Below are positions 59,336 through 60,593 of a stretch of 60,593 bases of DNA, piece after piece. The notes under the pieces were generated by a model. It saw only the letters and a list, made by a program, of their open reading frames with translations, had not been told where the DNA came from and did no database searches. This stretch comes from Candidatus Giovannonibacteria bacterium (GTDB lineage: Bacteria > Patescibacteriota > Minisyncoccia > JACPKW01 > UBA11713): assembly GCA_016186825.1 (NCBI GenBank), contig JACPKW010000004.1, positions 196,237-256,829 of the forward strand, read 5' to 3'. Positions within the stretch are counted from its first letter, which is position 1, and each line of letters begins with the position of its first letter. Made by a program: the position numbers and the translations under genes.

Positions 59336-60593
59336 ATGAATAAAGAAATAAAACAATGTCAGAATTGTAAACAGAACTTCACCGTCGAACCCGGTCCCTC
59401 CGCCGACTTTTTGTCCAGAGTGTAGGACAAGGCGGCGCATAATCTGGAGAAACGAAAGGACATTATATAAGAGAAGTTGCGACTTATGTAAGAAAAATAT
59501 TTTCAGTACTATTAAACCCTCCTCACCATATACAGTCTACTGCCCGAAATGCTTTTACAGTGATTCTTGGGATCAGCTTGCAGCAGGGAGAGATTATGAT
59601 TTTTCAAAATCCTTTTTTGAACAATATGGGGAACTTTTACTGAGAGCCCCAAAGTTGGCGGTGCAGGTAGGCAACGATAACATAAATTCCGATTATGTTA
59701 ATGCCGCGTCAAGTTTAAAAAATTGTTATCTAGTGTTTGCTTCCGTAAATAATGAAGATTTAGCTTACTGTAATTATACAAACGAATCAAAAAGTACAAT
59801 AGACGGGCTGCGTGTCTTGAAAAGTGAGTTGTGTTACGAATGCGTAGATTGTTCAAAATCATATAACCTAAAACATTCTCAACAATGCAAAGATTGCCTT
59901 GACAGCTGGTTTCTATTCAATTGTAAAGGCTGCTCAAATTGTATGCTTTCCTCAAATCTTATAAACAAATCATATTGCTTTCTTAACAAACAATATTCCA
60001 AAGAAGAATACAAAAAAATCATTGAATCGGTGCAACTAGGTTCTTTTGAGAGAATCAATGAACTAAAAGTGAAATTAGAGGAATTGAAAAATAAAACTAT
60101 TAGAAAGGCGATGGAAGGAAATAATAACTTTAAATCTTCGGGCAATTATTTAGTGAACACGAAAAATTGTTCCCGATGTTTTGATTTGTTTGAAGCAGAA
60201 GATTGTAAATATTTAACTTATGGCACCAAAGTTAAAGACTCTTTTGATATATATGGTGCATATCCCACCACGGAACTTTGTTATGAAATGACTGGAGTTG
60301 GGGAAGGCTCGTATAATTGTCGCTTCGGTTATGCTTGGCAAGGCTTTAATATGGATTACTGTTATGCTCTTTTTTATAATTGTAATAATTGTTTTGGATG
60401 TAACCAGTTGCGCAACAAGAGCTACTGCATCCTAAACCGCCAATACACCAAAGAAGAATACGAAGCCCTCGTGCCTCGTATTATCAAACACATGAACGAC
60501 ATGCCCTACATAGACAAGAAAGGCAGAGTATATAAGTATGGCGAATTCTTCCCTCCAGAACTCTCTCCCTTCGCATATAACGAAACCATCGCT
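59336..60593 (+). pseudogene. frameshifted, 3'-incomplete gene for a Cys-rich repeat protein (CxxC zinc-ribbon N-terminus)
   Basis: ATG at 59336 gives MNKEIKQCQNCKQNFTVEP... and stops at 59423-25. The +1 frame is open from 59352 to the window end and continues PPPTFCPECRTRRRIIWRNERTLYKRSCDLCKK...NCYLVF...CYECVDC...CKDC...CKGCSNC...CFGCNQLRNKSYC. There is no usable start codon in the +1 frame. Confidence 0.55.

Overview
This 60.6 kb window looks like a chromosomal segment from a small-genome, moderately AT-rich bacterium. I infer a Patescibacteria/CPR (Parcubacteria-like) origin from short tightly packed genes, trimmed housekeeping proteins (AlaRS without C-Ala domain, AspRS without the GAD insertion, short HrcA and L13), a type IV pilus module and many orphan ORFs. 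No rRNA genes, CRISPR arrays, integrases or transposases were seen. Core blocks: a minus-strand type IV pilus operon (two prepilin-like genes, pilC, pilB; 1-3396); mltG; mnmA; alaS; infA-rpmJ-rpsM-rpsK-rpsD-rpoA-rplQ-rplM-rpsI (31.4-35.5 kb); CIRCE-hrcA-grpE-dnaK-(membrane ORF)-dnaJ (36.3-41.6 kb); tRNA-Lys(UUU); a VKOR/DsbA pair; plsC-like; a histidine kinase; aspS; scpA; scpB; a D,D-carboxypeptidase. Accessory content: (i) 5.7-10.1 kb, four orphan or secreted genes, two followed by an identical terminator, one with an EndoIII/HhH-GPD-like signature. (ii) 10.1-17.7 kb, a defence-type island made of a Fic / Zn-ribbon / EcoRI-like m6A methyltransferase / DUF262-HNH operon followed by an OLD-family ATPase-Toprim nuclease coupled to a DUF2130-like coiled-coil nuclease-fold protein. 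(iii) A GIY-YIG gene wedged between a partial 5' duplicate and the intact copy of tRNA-Lys. (iv) 45-54 kb, a cluster built around a stand-alone AlaRS catalytic-core paralog coupled to an S51 peptidase-like gene, with a divergent archaeal-type SAM-synthetase homolog, three nucleotide-sugar/Nudix genes and a 561-aa orphan. This cluster is preceded by a leader with mutually exclusive helices and bracketed by a direct repeat of the paralog's 5' region. Two small repeat families recur: inverted repeats with CCCCGTTAGA / TCTAACGGGG termini (5 loci) and GC-rich CCTGCCTGCC|GGCAGGCAGG palindromes (2 loci). All calls come from reading the sequence and motif recall only. Start codons and family names need confirmation by search tools.
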